DNA of 46,195 nt from a virus. The stretch covers positions 1-46,195 of IMG/VR virus record IMGVR_UViG_3300021445_000001, one strand, 5' to 3'. Positions 1 through 8,457 of this stretch are shown here, piece by piece. Within the stretch, counting starts at the first letter, position 1. Each line of letters opens with the position of its first letter. Below the pieces are notes generated by a model. The model was not told where the DNA came from. It saw only the letters and a list, made by a program, of their open reading frames with translations, and ran no database searches. A program made the position numbers and the translations under genes.

Positions 1-127
1 ACCGCGCTTTCACTGTATCTCTCCACTTCTGAATCACTTTGCACTGAGTGATCCTGGCGGTGCCGGGGTTAGAACCCCGGCACCACTAGCTACCTTCAGT
101 ACTTGCATGGGTTTTCGATGATCTGAT
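1..127. repeat. Terminal overlap copy 1 (identical to 46069-46195)
   Basis: Both ends read accgcgctttcactgtatct...gggttttcgatgatctgat. The length of 127 nt equals a common de Bruijn k-mer size. Confidence 0.9.
59..84 (-). terminator. GC-rich hairpin between two minus-strand genes (terminator-like, no U tract)
   Basis: GGTGCCGGGGTT-AG-AACCCCGGCACC with 12-nt arms. It lies between the stop of 96..290 and the start of the gene beginning at 46105 (equivalent to position 37). Confidence 0.35.
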
Positions 128-290
128 TGGCCACCAAGTTTTTCACCCGGTAACCGTCGCCACGCGAACCCAAGGTAAGGCCGGCCAAGAACGCTGCCAT
201 GTCGTGTGAGTTCGCGTAGTAGAACAGGTCTTCGGTGGTGTCGTCTTGGAATACCACGGTCACCTTGAAATTCTTGTTACCGCGTTCCAC
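96..290 (-). CDS. hypothetical protein, 64 aa
   Basis: ORF track. GTG start with GGAGG 6 nt upstream. Overlaps the upstream gene by 14 nt. Confidence 0.6.
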   Translation of the reverse strand: MERGNKNFKVTVVFQDDTTEDLFYYANSHDMAAFLAGLTLGSRGDGYRVKNLVANQIIENPCKY

Positions 291-516
291 TGCTGACCTC
301 CACGACCAGAACCCTGCTCTCCTTGCACTGATCCGGACACCGGGACTTTCCCGGATTCACCACGCACATGGACCAACGGCACCACGTACCCCGGTCGCTC
401 TGGTGGTAGTTGACCTGATAGACGGTTTCCGGGGTGTCCTCTTCCTCCTGCTGTTCGAGCATGAGCGCCTGGTTTGCGGCTTCTTCGGCGTAGTCACGCT
501 GATCATTGATGTCCAT
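277..516 (-). CDS. hypothetical acidic protein, 79 aa (MDINDQRDYAEE...)
   Basis: Internal ATG at 516 preceded by GGGGAGAG. The longer 100-aa version lacks an RBS. Confidence 0.6.
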   Translation of the reverse strand: MDINDQRDYAEEAANQALMLEQQEEEDTPETVYQVNYHQSDRGTWCRWSMCVVNPGKSRCPDQCKESRVLVVEVSSGTR

Positions 517-595
517 TGCTCTCCCCTGTCTTTCCCTGCTGATCAGCAGAGAGAGCAGCCTACACAGTGTGCAGACCACCCGAACTGTTGATCAA

Positions 596-808
596 CTACG
601 AACTGATGAGTTGGCTAGTGTCGTGCGCGCTACCATCCTTTAGTAGCCAAAACACCATCCGTTGTTCAATGCCAGTGCTCTTTCCGAACTCACCCACCTC
701 CACGATCTCCGCGAACCAGGAACACTCTGGCGGCTTGTCTGGGCTGAGGTTCATGATGGCCAGTAATGCCCGAATCAAACGCTCATCCACGCTCTCTCCT
801 TCCACCAT
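596..808 (-). CDS. hypothetical protein, 70 aa
   Basis: ORF track; same strand and packing as its neighbours. Confidence 0.55.
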   Translation of the reverse strand: MVEGESVDERLIRALLAIMNLSPDKPPECSWFAEIVEVGEFGKSTGIEQRMVFWLLKDGSAHDTSQLISS

Positions 809-873
809 TCCACTCGTTCTGAGCAGAACATCAGGACCGACGCGCCTTACGGCGCGCTGATCCCGAAACCTGT

Positions 874-1080
874 TCAGTTGCCGAACACAAAGCTGTGGCG
901 CTTACCCTTGCCAAGCTCATCTACACGCACCTGGAACAACACACCGGTCGCGCGGTCATAGACCGCCGCGAAGCAGAACACCTTGCCGTTGATCACGCGA
1001 TTGAAGAAGTGTGTTTGGTAGTGCGCGCCGTAGGCAAACTCACGGGTAATGCGCTCGGAACCAAAGATCTTCGTAGCCAC
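874..1080 (-). CDS. hypothetical protein, 68 aa
   Basis: GTG start preceded by AAGGGG 5 nt upstream. Confidence 0.55.
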   Translation of the reverse strand: MATKIFGSERITREFAYGAHYQTHFFNRVINGKVFCFAAVYDRATGVLFQVRVDELGKGKRHSFVFGN

Positions 1081-1168
1081 GGTTTCCCCTTACCTAGACC
1101 TGATTGGCCATTGGCAGAGGCGCTAGCGCCTCCACCCGAAACCCGTCAGTCCTTCGACATGAGCAGTG

Positions 1169-1369
1169 TCAGAATGCTCGCGTCTCCGTCGGCTTAACCA
1201 CCTCGATGCAGTGACCATCCCTGTCAAAGACGTGGTATTCCTCGTGGTTGCGGTCGGCCAGCCCCTGAGTGACTTCCATGGTGGTTTCCATGAACACACA
1301 CCGGTCCAGGATGACGTCACCGTGAATGTTGCGGACCTGGAGATTCAGACCCGTGAACTTCTCACTCAT
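1169..1369 (-). CDS. hypothetical protein, 66 aa
   Basis: ATG preceded by GAGGAGG. ATGA start/stop overlap with the upstream mini-ORF. Confidence 0.6.
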   Translation of the reverse strand: MSEKFTGLNLQVRNIHGDVILDRCVFMETTMEVTQGLADRNHEEYHVFDRDGHCIEVVKPTETRAF

Positions 1370-1470
1370 GCGCTTTCCTCCTCAGCGTGCACCGAACACC
1401 ACTGGATTGCGTCGCAGGGCTCAGTCGGGTCGCAGGGGGTCTCCGAGTCTTCCGGAGCAAAGTCGTTCAT
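1366..1470 (-). CDS. small acidic Cys-containing protein, 34 aa (MNDFAPEDSETPCDPTEPCDAIQWCSVHAEEESA)
   Basis: Translated by hand. ATG preceded by AGGGAGGAGAGAG. Its stop overlaps the next start (ATGA). It is below the 60-aa cutoff of the ORF track. Confidence 0.45.
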   Translation of the reverse strand: MNDFAPEDSETPCDPTEPCDAIQWCSVHAEEESA

Positions 1471-1549
1471 CTCTCTCCTCCCTTAACGCTGGTCTGATGA
1501 CCAGCGCTCTAAGCAACGCGCACGCTGTGCGCGTCACTTGGATCAGGAG

Positions 1550-1768
1550 TTACTCAGCATGCACCGAAATATCCAGTGTCTCGTCATACAGGGTGGCTAT
1601 GCGCTCTTTGTACTCAGCCTCACTGATGACACCGTTATCACGCTCTCGCTCAATCTCAGTGGTTAGTTCCACGCTGGCACGCAAAATCGCGTGCCTCTCA
1701 TTCGCAGCGTCCACCATAGCGCGGTAGCAGATTTCCGATGTGTAGATCAGAACACTGAACACCTTCAT
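1550..1768 (-). CDS. hypothetical protein, 72 aa (MKVFSVLIYTSE...), first gene of the leftward operon
   Basis: Internal ATG at 1768 preceded by AGGGAGAGAGGAAG. Confidence 0.55.
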   Translation of the reverse strand: MKVFSVLIYTSEICYRAMVDAANERHAILRASVELTTEIERERDNGVISEAEYKERIATLYDETLDISVHAE

Positions 1769-2131
1769 TGGCTTCCTCTCTCCCTTTGACACACGCCATA
1801 GGGCGTGTGCTCTGAGCATGTGTGGTAGTGCCTAGCTGGTGTTGTCACAGCCACTCAGATTGAGCAGAACGGGCAAAGGTGCGACCCACCACACACACTC
1901 ACATTAGGAGAGTTGACAGGGGCTCTAGCCCCTGCTAGGAGAGATCATCCACTATTCAGTTCTCAACAGACCAGCGCCCTCGCCCAACAGTCCTTTCGAG
2001 TCTGCCGGACCGGCTTGCCTTGCAACACCAAAGCTAGACCTGCCGTGGAGTTCTGTCTATAGCCAATTTACTGCATGTTTACCGTCAACACGTTGAACAA
2101 TCGACGTGCCATCTCCCCTGAGCTCAATGTG

Positions 2132-2518
2132 GATCACCGTAGCCGGCTAATTGTTGGATAACGCGTCTAATAGCCGGCTGATCATGGCCCTGAGCTGGGC
2201 ATACATCATTCGATAACGGTGTTATGTTTCTGCAAACATGATCAAACAAGCCGCCGAGTGCCTTTAAGATCACGCAAACGTGATAAGATCGTTGATCTTT
2301 GTTTCAATATTATTGATCTTGATAGTCCGCATAATCTACATTATGCGGAGCCGGCCCCCAGGTCAGACGCAAGATCATTTGCCAAGGCGATGTGGATCAT
2401 GGTCGCTGCCCTTAATGATCATTAAGCCCTTGACATAGCCTCTGACCTGCGGTTTCTCACATTTTGGAAGATCAACTTCTCAGTATGTGGATGATCTTGC
2501 TCGGCCGGCTAAACGATC
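2132..2518. repeat. AT-rich cluster of 13 GATC sites (mostly AAGATCA / TGATCA); candidate pac site or replication origin
   Basis: GATC at 2132, 2180, 2240, 2268, 2287, 2294, 2315, 2373, 2395, 2417, 2470, 2493 and 2515. AAGATCA occurs 3 times on each strand and TGATCA 3 times. There is a 14-bp palindrome TTAATGATCATTAA at 2412-2425 and a hairpin CCGCATAAT-CTAC-ATTATGCGG at 2327-2348. Confidence 0.6.
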
Positions 2519-2608
2519 AACCGGCGGATGTTAAAGCGCAGCGGTGTGGTGTGGTGCTGCAACCCCAAAAAATTTTCCTAGGAAGATGCCAGCAACATGT
2601 CCGGGTTT

Positions 2609-2628
2609 GAACCCCCTTGTGGGGGTTC
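2609..2628 (+). terminator. Hairpin GAACCCCC-TTGT-GGGGGTTC followed by TATTAT (terminator-like)
   Basis: 8-bp GC stem with a tetraloop and a T-rich tail, located in the ORF-free region. Confidence 0.35.
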
Positions 2629-2717
2629 TATTATAACGATTTGGTAAAGGTTTTGAAACCATGCGTCCAGAGGTCGATTTTGGTCGCCCTATTAATATTG
2701 GGGGGTTTTAAAAGAGC

Positions 2718-2982
2718 GGACCGAGCGCAAGCGAGGGACGCGAGGGGGGCCGGTGCGCTCGGTCCTTCCGGTAAGGGCAGGGCATCAAGCCCTGCCCCCC
2801 ACTGATAGGCCGGCCCTTAAGGCCGGCCATATTCCAGGTTACGTAGAAGGGCGGGCCTCAAAGCCCGCCCATGAAAGCACCCCCGCGAGACGCGGGGGTC
2901 CCGGTCCGGTAGAGCAGCCGTCCCGGCTGCATCCCGCCCCCCGCTACCCTCGCGGGGGGCTCTGTGGCCCCCTCCGGGGGCC
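2718..2982. other. Array of eight consecutive GC-rich stem-loops directly upstream of the terminase gene
   Basis: Stems are 2718-2728/2755-2765 (11 bp), 2775-2783/2789-2797 (9), 2808-2815/2821-2828 (8), 2849-2856/2863-2870 (8), 2880-2887/2891-2898 (8), 2914-2920/2924-2930 (7), 2936-2944/2952-2960 (9) and 2966-2972/2976-2982 (7). The stem sequences all differ. Confidence 0.7.
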
Positions 2983-3026
2983 TTTGTGCTGCCCGAAAAT
3001 AATTCCGTAGAAATATCCCGTGGTTT

Positions 3027-4964
3027 ATGAAAACGCTCAGCCCGAAACCTTCCCGACCCGATGCCAAGAGAATTGTTCTGGAAAAGCTTCGTGAAGGTTG
3101 GTCGATTGAGCGTTCGTGTGAATATGTTGGCGTCACCGTCAAGGCGTATGAGTATTGGCTGTACCGGTCCAAGGACCCGAAGGAACGCCAATGGTTTGCC
3201 GACGAGGTTAGACGCATTCGAGCCAAGCAGGCTCAGGCCGGCCCGCCCGAAGTCCCTGACTTCGAAGAGTTCTCCAGTGTCTATCTCGGGAACCGTCTGT
3301 TCGACCATCATCTTCAGTGGCTGGATCTTCTGGAGGGCCGTGAGCCCCGATCCATTCACCCGGCGCAGACCTACATTCCGGGCCACCCGAACCTGCTTCT
3401 GATCAACACTCCCCCGCACCACGCAAAGTCTGAGCTGTTCTGCCAGAACTATGTAACGTGGCGGATCGTGCGCGATCCGAACATGCGGGTGCTGCTGGTG
3501 TCCGCCTCGGCGGACCGGGCGAAGAAAAACCTTGATGGCATCAAGAACCGTCTTGACAAAGACATCATGGTCTATCGGGATCTCAAGGACACGTTTGCTC
3601 CGGCTGAGGGTTACAACTCTAAGGATGCCAAATGGTCCGCGGACATGATCTTGGTGAATCCGGCCATTAGGCCGCGCAACACTTCCGGGCACCCCACGGT
3701 GCAGGCTCTCGGTATTCGCAAGAAGATTTACGGTGCCCGTGCTGACCTCATCATCCTTGACGACTGCTGCGACCTTGACAACGCTCACGAGTTTCAGAAG
3801 CAGATTGAGTGGATCCAGGCGATTATCAACTCCCGCCTTGAGCCGGGAACCGGCAAGCTGATCATCGTAGGGACTCGCCTGGCCGCTCAGGACTTGTATT
3901 CGGAGCTGCGCAAGCCGGAGTGGTATCTGTCTGGTGAGTCGCCGTGGACGTATCTGTCGCAGCCGGCTGTGTTGGAGTTCACCGATAACCCGGAGACCTG
4001 GAAGACCCTGTGGCCGAAGACGAATGTTCCCCCGGCTGGTTTGGATAGGGTCGAGCCTGACGCCAACGGTTTCTATCGCATGTGGGATGGGCCGGCGCTG
4101 GCTGAGAAGCGCAACAACATGTCGGCCGAGATGTGGTCTCGTGTGTACATGCAGGCGCAGATCTCCCAGTCCACCACGTTCACTCAGGCGGAGATTGATG
4201 GCTGCACTAATGGAAGTCGTCACCCCGGGGTCATCAATCCAGGTATGCCAGGAGTCCGTCCCGAGGGCATGGCAGGCCTATATGTCGTGGCTGGATTGGA
4301 TCCGGCTGCTACAAACTATACGGCCATGGTCGTGGTCGGGGCCGACCTGTCATCAGGTCGGCGATATCTGCTTGACGTGTGGAACCAGCACGGAGCCCTT
4401 CCCGCCCAAACATCCGCAGTGATGAAGGAGTGGACCAAGCGTTACGGCATCTCCGAATGGCGCATTGAGGTCAACGCCTTTCAGGCGTCTATCTTGCAGG
4501 ATGAGGATCTACGTTCATGGATGTCTTCACGCTCGGTGAGGATGAGCGCCCACACGACCGGCAAGAACAAGTGGGATTCGATGTGGGGCGTCGCGACGAT
4601 GTCCAACCTGTTCAAGGGCTGGGAGCAGGGATACAACGCGCTGGAGCTGCCGTCTCGAAAAGGCCACCCTGGCGTGCAAGCCCTTGTAGAGCAGTTGGTT
4701 GCCTGGTACCCCACGCCGAACATGAACCGGGCACCTGTCCAAGACTGCGTAATGGCGTTGTGGTTTGCGGAGATTCGCTGCCGTGAACTGCTGGACCAGC
4801 AGGACGGGTCGTCCCACTGGGATTCCGGGTGGCTGTCTCCGAGGGATCGTGAAGAGCAGGTCACCGTGAATATCGACTGGTATTCCATGTCTAATGGTCG
4901 TTTCGATGAACCCCCGGAGCCTGACGGCCCCGTGATACAGAACCCCGCGAGGTGGTGGGAATAA
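3027..4964 (+). CDS. terL: terminase large subunit with N-terminal HTH (small-subunit-like) extension, 645 aa
   Basis: The N-terminus RIVLEKLREGWSIERSCEYVGVTVKAYEYW looks like an HTH. ATPase motifs are NTPPHHAKSE, ADLIILDDCCD and IVGTRLAAQD. The C-terminal nuclease-like region starts at VVAGLDPAATNYTAMVVVG. Confidence 0.85.
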   Translation: MKTLSPKPSRPDAKRIVLEKLREGWSIERSCEYVGVTVKAYEYWLYRSKDPKERQWFADEVRRIRAKQAQAGPPEVPDFEEFSSVYLGNRLFDHHLQWLDLLEGREPRSIHPAQTYIPGHPNLLLINTPPHHAKSELFCQNYVTWRIVRDPNMRVLLVSASADRAKKNLDGIKNRLDKDIMVYRDLKDTFAPAEGYNSKDAKWSADMILVNPAIRPRNTSGHPTVQALGIRKKIYGARADLIILDDCCDLDNAHEFQKQIEWIQAIINSRLEPGTGKLIIVGTRLAAQDLYSELRKPEWYLSGESPWTYLSQPAVLEFTDNPETWKTLWPKTNVPPAGLDRVEPDANGFYRMWDGPALAEKRNNMSAEMWSRVYMQAQISQSTTFTQAEIDGCTNGSRHPGVINPGMPGVRPEGMAGLYVVAGLDPAATNYTAMVVVGADLSSGRRYLLDVWNQHGALPAQTSAVMKEWTKRYGISEWRIEVNAFQASILQDEDLRSWMSSRSVRMSAHTTGKNKWDSMWGVATMSNLFKGWEQGYNALELPSRKGHPGVQALVEQLVAWYPTPNMNRAPVQDCVMALWFAEIRCRELLDQQDGSSHWDSGWLSPRDREEQVTVNIDWYSMSNGRFDEPPEPDGPVIQNPARWWE

Positions 4965-6769
4965 TGGAAATTTCCGCTATCTCTCGCAAGGTCCAGGACA
5001 TGCGCATCCGTGCCTACCCTCGTGATTTGCGTATGGGTGAGGTTCGTGCTATCCGCGCCAACGAGCTTGACCGTGTGGCCCCTGGCCTGTTGGCCGATGA
5101 CTTCCCTAAGCCGATCGTCTCCAACATCATCAACGTGGCCGCGCAGTATTCGGCTGAGCAAATCGGCGTGATGCCCACGGTTTCGTGTACGGCCGGCGTC
5201 ATGGTCTCTGACCGCCAGAAGAAGTACGCCCAACGGCGTACTCTCATTGCCCACAACTATCTGGAGAACAGCCGGCTGAAAGTCTCGATGGTGGAGGCCT
5301 CCGACTGGCTCAACACCTATTCGTTTCTGCCGACGATTCTGGAACCCCACTTTGGTGACGCCTACTGCGAGCCCGGTCCGAGGCTGAGGTTTGAAAACCC
5401 ACTGGGCTGCTATTACGACCTTGACGTGTACGGCAGAACTCGCTGTTTCGTTAAAGTTTACGACTCCGACGTACAGGCTCTGGCTGCGAAGTTTCCTCAC
5501 GTGGCATCAGCGCTCTTGTCAGGCCTACGGGTGGAGTCTAACGCCAAAGTCGAGATGGTGTGCTATTACGATGACGACGAGATCGTTACATTTGTGCCGT
5601 CGCGTGACAACCTGGTCCTCAACCGCATAGCCAACAAGTTCGGCCGCTGCCCCGTCTACATTGCTGAGGCTCCCAAGTTCGATTCCGAGTCTCGTGGTGC
5701 CTACGACGATGTGGTGTGGATTCAGGTGGCCAGGGCGCTGTTCGCCCAGATGGGTATGGCTGCTGCTAAGAAGGCTGTGAACGCGCCCCTGGTGGTTCCG
5801 CCCGATGTGGTGAACATTCCCTTTGGTCGTGACCGTGTCATCCGCACCAACATGGGTGAGAAGATTCACTATGCCGCACAGGAGATGTCTCCGGCAGCCT
5901 GGCAGATCGGTGAGATTCTCAACCAAGATGTAACGGTGGGTGCTCGTTTCCCAGAGGGCGCTACCGGTAAGTCTCCCGGCTCGATCGTCACCGGCCGTGG
6001 TATGGAAGAGTTGATGGGCACCATCGACTCTAAGGTGAGAACCTACCAGCTTCTGATCGGCGATATGTTGCGGCGCGCCATCAGCGCGGCCTTTGAGATG
6101 GATGAGAAGTTCTGGCGTAACCGTCGGCGCTTCATCCGCATCATGGTGAACGGGCAACAGTATGAAGAGTCCTATGTCCCTTCCCGAGATATTGCCGGTG
6201 TCTATCAGGTTGATGTCACGTATGGCATGGCCGCAGGCATGGATCCCAACCGAGCCCTTGTGTTTCTCCTGCAAGCTCGCGGCGACAAGCTCATTTCGCG
6301 TGACTACGCTTTGCGACAGTTGCCTTTTGATCTCAACGTCGATCAGGTCATGGAACAAATCGATACCGAAGAGATGACCGACGCGCTCAAGCAGATGATT
6401 GCCCAAACTGCTATGGCGGTTCCTGCGCTTGCCGCACAGGGTCAGGATCCTTCGGACACGCTCACCAAGCTGGCCACGGTGCTGAAAAAACGCGAAGCCG
6501 GCATGCCGTTGCACGACGCTATTCTAGCGGCCTTTGTTCCGAAGCAGCCCCCAGCGCCACCACAGAGCCCCGATATGGCTTCTCAGATGGGTCCTGGCGG
6601 AATGGCACCCCCGGGCGGTCCTGGTGGCTTGCAGGGGCCTTCTGCCCCTATGTCTGGTCCTATGGCCGGCGGGCAACCTGACGTGATGAAACTTCTTGCG
6701 GGTCTGTCCGGCGGAGCCGGCACACCCAACCTTGGCGCGACTGTGAAGAGGCAAATCCCTAGTGGCTGA
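4964..6769 (+). CDS. portal protein (probable), 601 aa, with Gly/Pro/Met-rich C-terminal tail
   Basis: Sits immediately after the terminase with a TAATG overlap. ATG at 4964 has GAGGTGG upstream. Size and position are typical of a portal. Confidence 0.7.
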   Translation: MEISAISRKVQDMRIRAYPRDLRMGEVRAIRANELDRVAPGLLADDFPKPIVSNIINVAAQYSAEQIGVMPTVSCTAGVMVSDRQKKYAQRRTLIAHNYLENSRLKVSMVEASDWLNTYSFLPTILEPHFGDAYCEPGPRLRFENPLGCYYDLDVYGRTRCFVKVYDSDVQALAAKFPHVASALLSGLRVESNAKVEMVCYYDDDEIVTFVPSRDNLVLNRIANKFGRCPVYIAEAPKFDSESRGAYDDVVWIQVARALFAQMGMAAAKKAVNAPLVVPPDVVNIPFGRDRVIRTNMGEKIHYAAQEMSPAAWQIGEILNQDVTVGARFPEGATGKSPGSIVTGRGMEELMGTIDSKVRTYQLLIGDMLRRAISAAFEMDEKFWRNRRRFIRIMVNGQQYEESYVPSRDIAGVYQVDVTYGMAAGMDPNRALVFLLQARGDKLISRDYALRQLPFDLNVDQVMEQIDTEEMTDALKQMIAQTAMAVPALAAQGQDPSDTLTKLATVLKKREAGMPLHDAILAAFVPKQPPAPPQSPDMASQMGPGGMAPPGGPGGLQGPSAPMSGPMAGGQPDVMKLLAGLSGGAGTPNLGATVKRQIPSG

Positions 6770-6962
6770 CATCAACATCAATGCGCTGAAGGCGGCCCTG
6801 GCTGAACAGGGTTTTGACGTCAACAGCGAAAAGTTCACGATTGCTCTGCGTAAAGCAGAGAACCCGGCTGGTTGTGAGTGGTGTGGCGCTCGAACCAAAG
6901 TAGCCGTGGAAGACAAACGCAAGACTCTCAAGCTGGCCTGTTGCGGCCGGAAGGTTGGTTAA
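6762..6962 (+). CDS. hypothetical protein, 66 aa (Cys pairs CEWC...CC)
   Basis: GTG start overlapping the portal stop. Confidence 0.55.
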   Translation: MADININALKAALAEQGFDVNSEKFTIALRKAENPAGCEWCGARTKVAVEDKRKTLKLACCGRKVG

Positions 6963-6963
6963 C

Positions 6964-7305
6964 ATGCCTGGTGGTGTGCAGTTTCAGCGCCCTGATTTCT
7001 CCGATGCGGTTCCGCCTACCCCTCCCCGGCAGGGTGACATGGGGCCGGTTCACTACGTCAATGAGACTACTTTCGAGTCCGGCTCGGTCCCTGCCAACAC
7101 TGGCGCTATCGAGTCGAACTGGTCTGGTCTGATTGACTCCGACGGCCTTGACGGCATGTCGATGACGGCTCCGAATGTGGCGAATTCTTGGCCCGGTGAG
7201 GGTATCCGCGGCTTCCGTACCTCGCCTGTCGGGGGCACCTACAACCCTGGCCAGGGCAAGAGCCCTGGCAACCCTGGCACTGAGCGTTCTTCGGCGGCTT
7301 ACTAA
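6964..7305 (+). CDS. hypothetical virion-module protein, 113 aa
   Basis: ATG at 6964 with GGAAGG 9 nt upstream. Confidence 0.55.
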   Translation: MPGGVQFQRPDFSDAVPPTPPRQGDMGPVHYVNETTFESGSVPANTGAIESNWSGLIDSDGLDGMSMTAPNVANSWPGEGIRGFRTSPVGGTYNPGQGKSPGNPGTERSSAAY

Positions 7306-7523
7306 TGGCAGTTCCTTCTGTTGGCCGCACCGTTCACTACGTCAGCTACGGGACTCCTGGTGGCGAATACAAGTCAGAGTGCAAGGCTGCTGTTATTGCT
7401 GGGGTCCAAAACGAAAGCTGCGTGGACCTGGTGGTTTTGAATCCTGGCGGCATCTTCTTCCACGAAGCTGAGTATTCCGGCTCCAATAAGGGCGGTACTT
7501 GGCACTGGCCGGAAATGGTTTAA
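7305..7523 (+). CDS. hypothetical protein, 72 aa
   Basis: TAATG overlap with the previous gene. Confidence 0.6.
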   Translation: MAVPSVGRTVHYVSYGTPGGEYKSECKAAVIAGVQNESCVDLVVLNPGGIFFHEAEYSGSNKGGTWHWPEMV

Positions 7524-7524
7524 C

Positions 7525-7824
7525 ATGCACCGCGACCCCGCTGAGGACTTTGACGACGATGACGAAGACCTGTTCCTGCCACGCTCAGAGGTGGTTGTGT
7601 CTACCCGTCCAGCTAGCTCCTGGCTGATGCTGGCTGCTGTGGTCGAACTGTTCGCCGACATCTTCGGGGTTTTCCACAAACTCTTCAGCACGCTTGAGGA
7701 CGAGGTGTTGGCCAATTACAGGTGGAAGCGCTCTCGTATCGAATTCGCCGAACAGGCAGCCCGTGAGATTGAAACGCTGACAGGAGGATCAGATGCCACC
7801 ACCGATGCAACCCGCTCAGGTTAG
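7525..7824 (+). CDS. hypothetical protein, 99 aa, acidic N-terminus and one hydrophobic segment
   Basis: ATG 2 nt after the previous stop. Confidence 0.55.
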   Translation: MHRDPAEDFDDDDEDLFLPRSEVVVSTRPASSWLMLAAVVELFADIFGVFHKLFSTLEDEVLANYRWKRSRIEFAEQAAREIETLTGGSDATTDATRSG

Positions 7825-8251
7825 TGGTCCTGGTCCCATGTCCCGCCGCACCGATGGCGGTGCGGCTCAAGCTCTAGCGAAGCTCCCGGATGCCAAATAT
7901 GGCGAGAACGCGCAGTTCCAGAGTTTGCAACAGGGTGCTCCCCTTGCGGCGAGCGGCATTTCTCCGGCGGCTCCGGGGCTCGATGCCAACTCCCTCCCGT
8001 CCAATCCCGCAGCGGCGAATGTAGTTCCTTTCACGGCACCATCCAATCGGCCGGCTGAACCGGTAACCGCTGGCGCGTCCCTTGGTGCTGGTCCCGGTAC
8101 CGAGGCTTTGGGTATTCAACCGCAGCAGGCTGAACAGCAGGACATGGCGTCTTTGGCGCAGAACATGCCTGTGTATGAATTCTTGGCCAACCTGCCGAAT
8201 GCCTCGCCCTCGGCGAGGCTTCTAGTCAATCTCTTGCGAGCCGGCACATGA
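7793..8251 (+). CDS. hypothetical Ala/Pro/Gly-rich protein, 152 aa
   Basis: Strong RBS AGGAGGA upstream of the ATG. Confidence 0.65.
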   Translation: MPPPMQPAQVSGPGPMSRRTDGGAAQALAKLPDAKYGENAQFQSLQQGAPLAASGISPAAPGLDANSLPSNPAAANVVPFTAPSNRPAEPVTAGASLGAGPGTEALGIQPQQAEQQDMASLAQNMPVYEFLANLPNASPSARLLVNLLRAGT

Positions 8252-8457
8252 TGTGGTCAACCCCCATGGACGTTTTCGGCAATGCTCTTGACAATCTTCA
8301 GGAGACGCCGCAGATTTCTCGGCTGATGCTCGGCATCGGTCTAGCGCATGACGCGGCCCGGAACGTCCCCATTGATCTGCTGAGCAGCATCCCGCACTAC
8401 TTGTTTGAGGTTGATGACCGTGACCGTGGGCCCCTACCAGCCAGCACCGGGCAATAG
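8248..8457 (+). CDS. hypothetical protein, 69 aa
   Basis: ATGA overlap with the previous gene. Confidence 0.55.
   Translation: MMWSTPMDVFGNALDNLQETPQISRLMLGIGLAHDAARNVPIDLLSSIPHYLFEVDDRDRGPLPASTGQ

Noticed and set aside
1-127. Biological direct terminal repeat
   Set aside because: The boundaries fall inside a gene and the length equals a standard assembler k. This cannot be fully excluded without read data.
2219-2425. 68-aa ORF inside the GATC cluster
   Set aside because: It has a GTG start without an RBS and AT-rich codons unlike the rest of the genome. The reading frame is made of the repeat motifs themselves.
2718-2982. Possible CRISPR array or tandem repeat
   Set aside because: The eight hairpins share no repeat sequence and have no regular repeat-spacer period. 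They are independent palindromes.
2817-4223. 468-aa minus-strand ORF
   Set aside because: It is antisense to the terminase gene and to the hairpin array. It has Arg/Leu/Pro/Gly-rich composition typical of the wrong strand in high-GC DNA and no RBS.
4481-6514. 339-aa and 329-aa minus-strand ORFs (4481-5500, 5525-6514)
   Set aside because: They are antisense to terminase and portal, with Arg/His/Gly-rich composition, and they break the otherwise uniform rightward operon.
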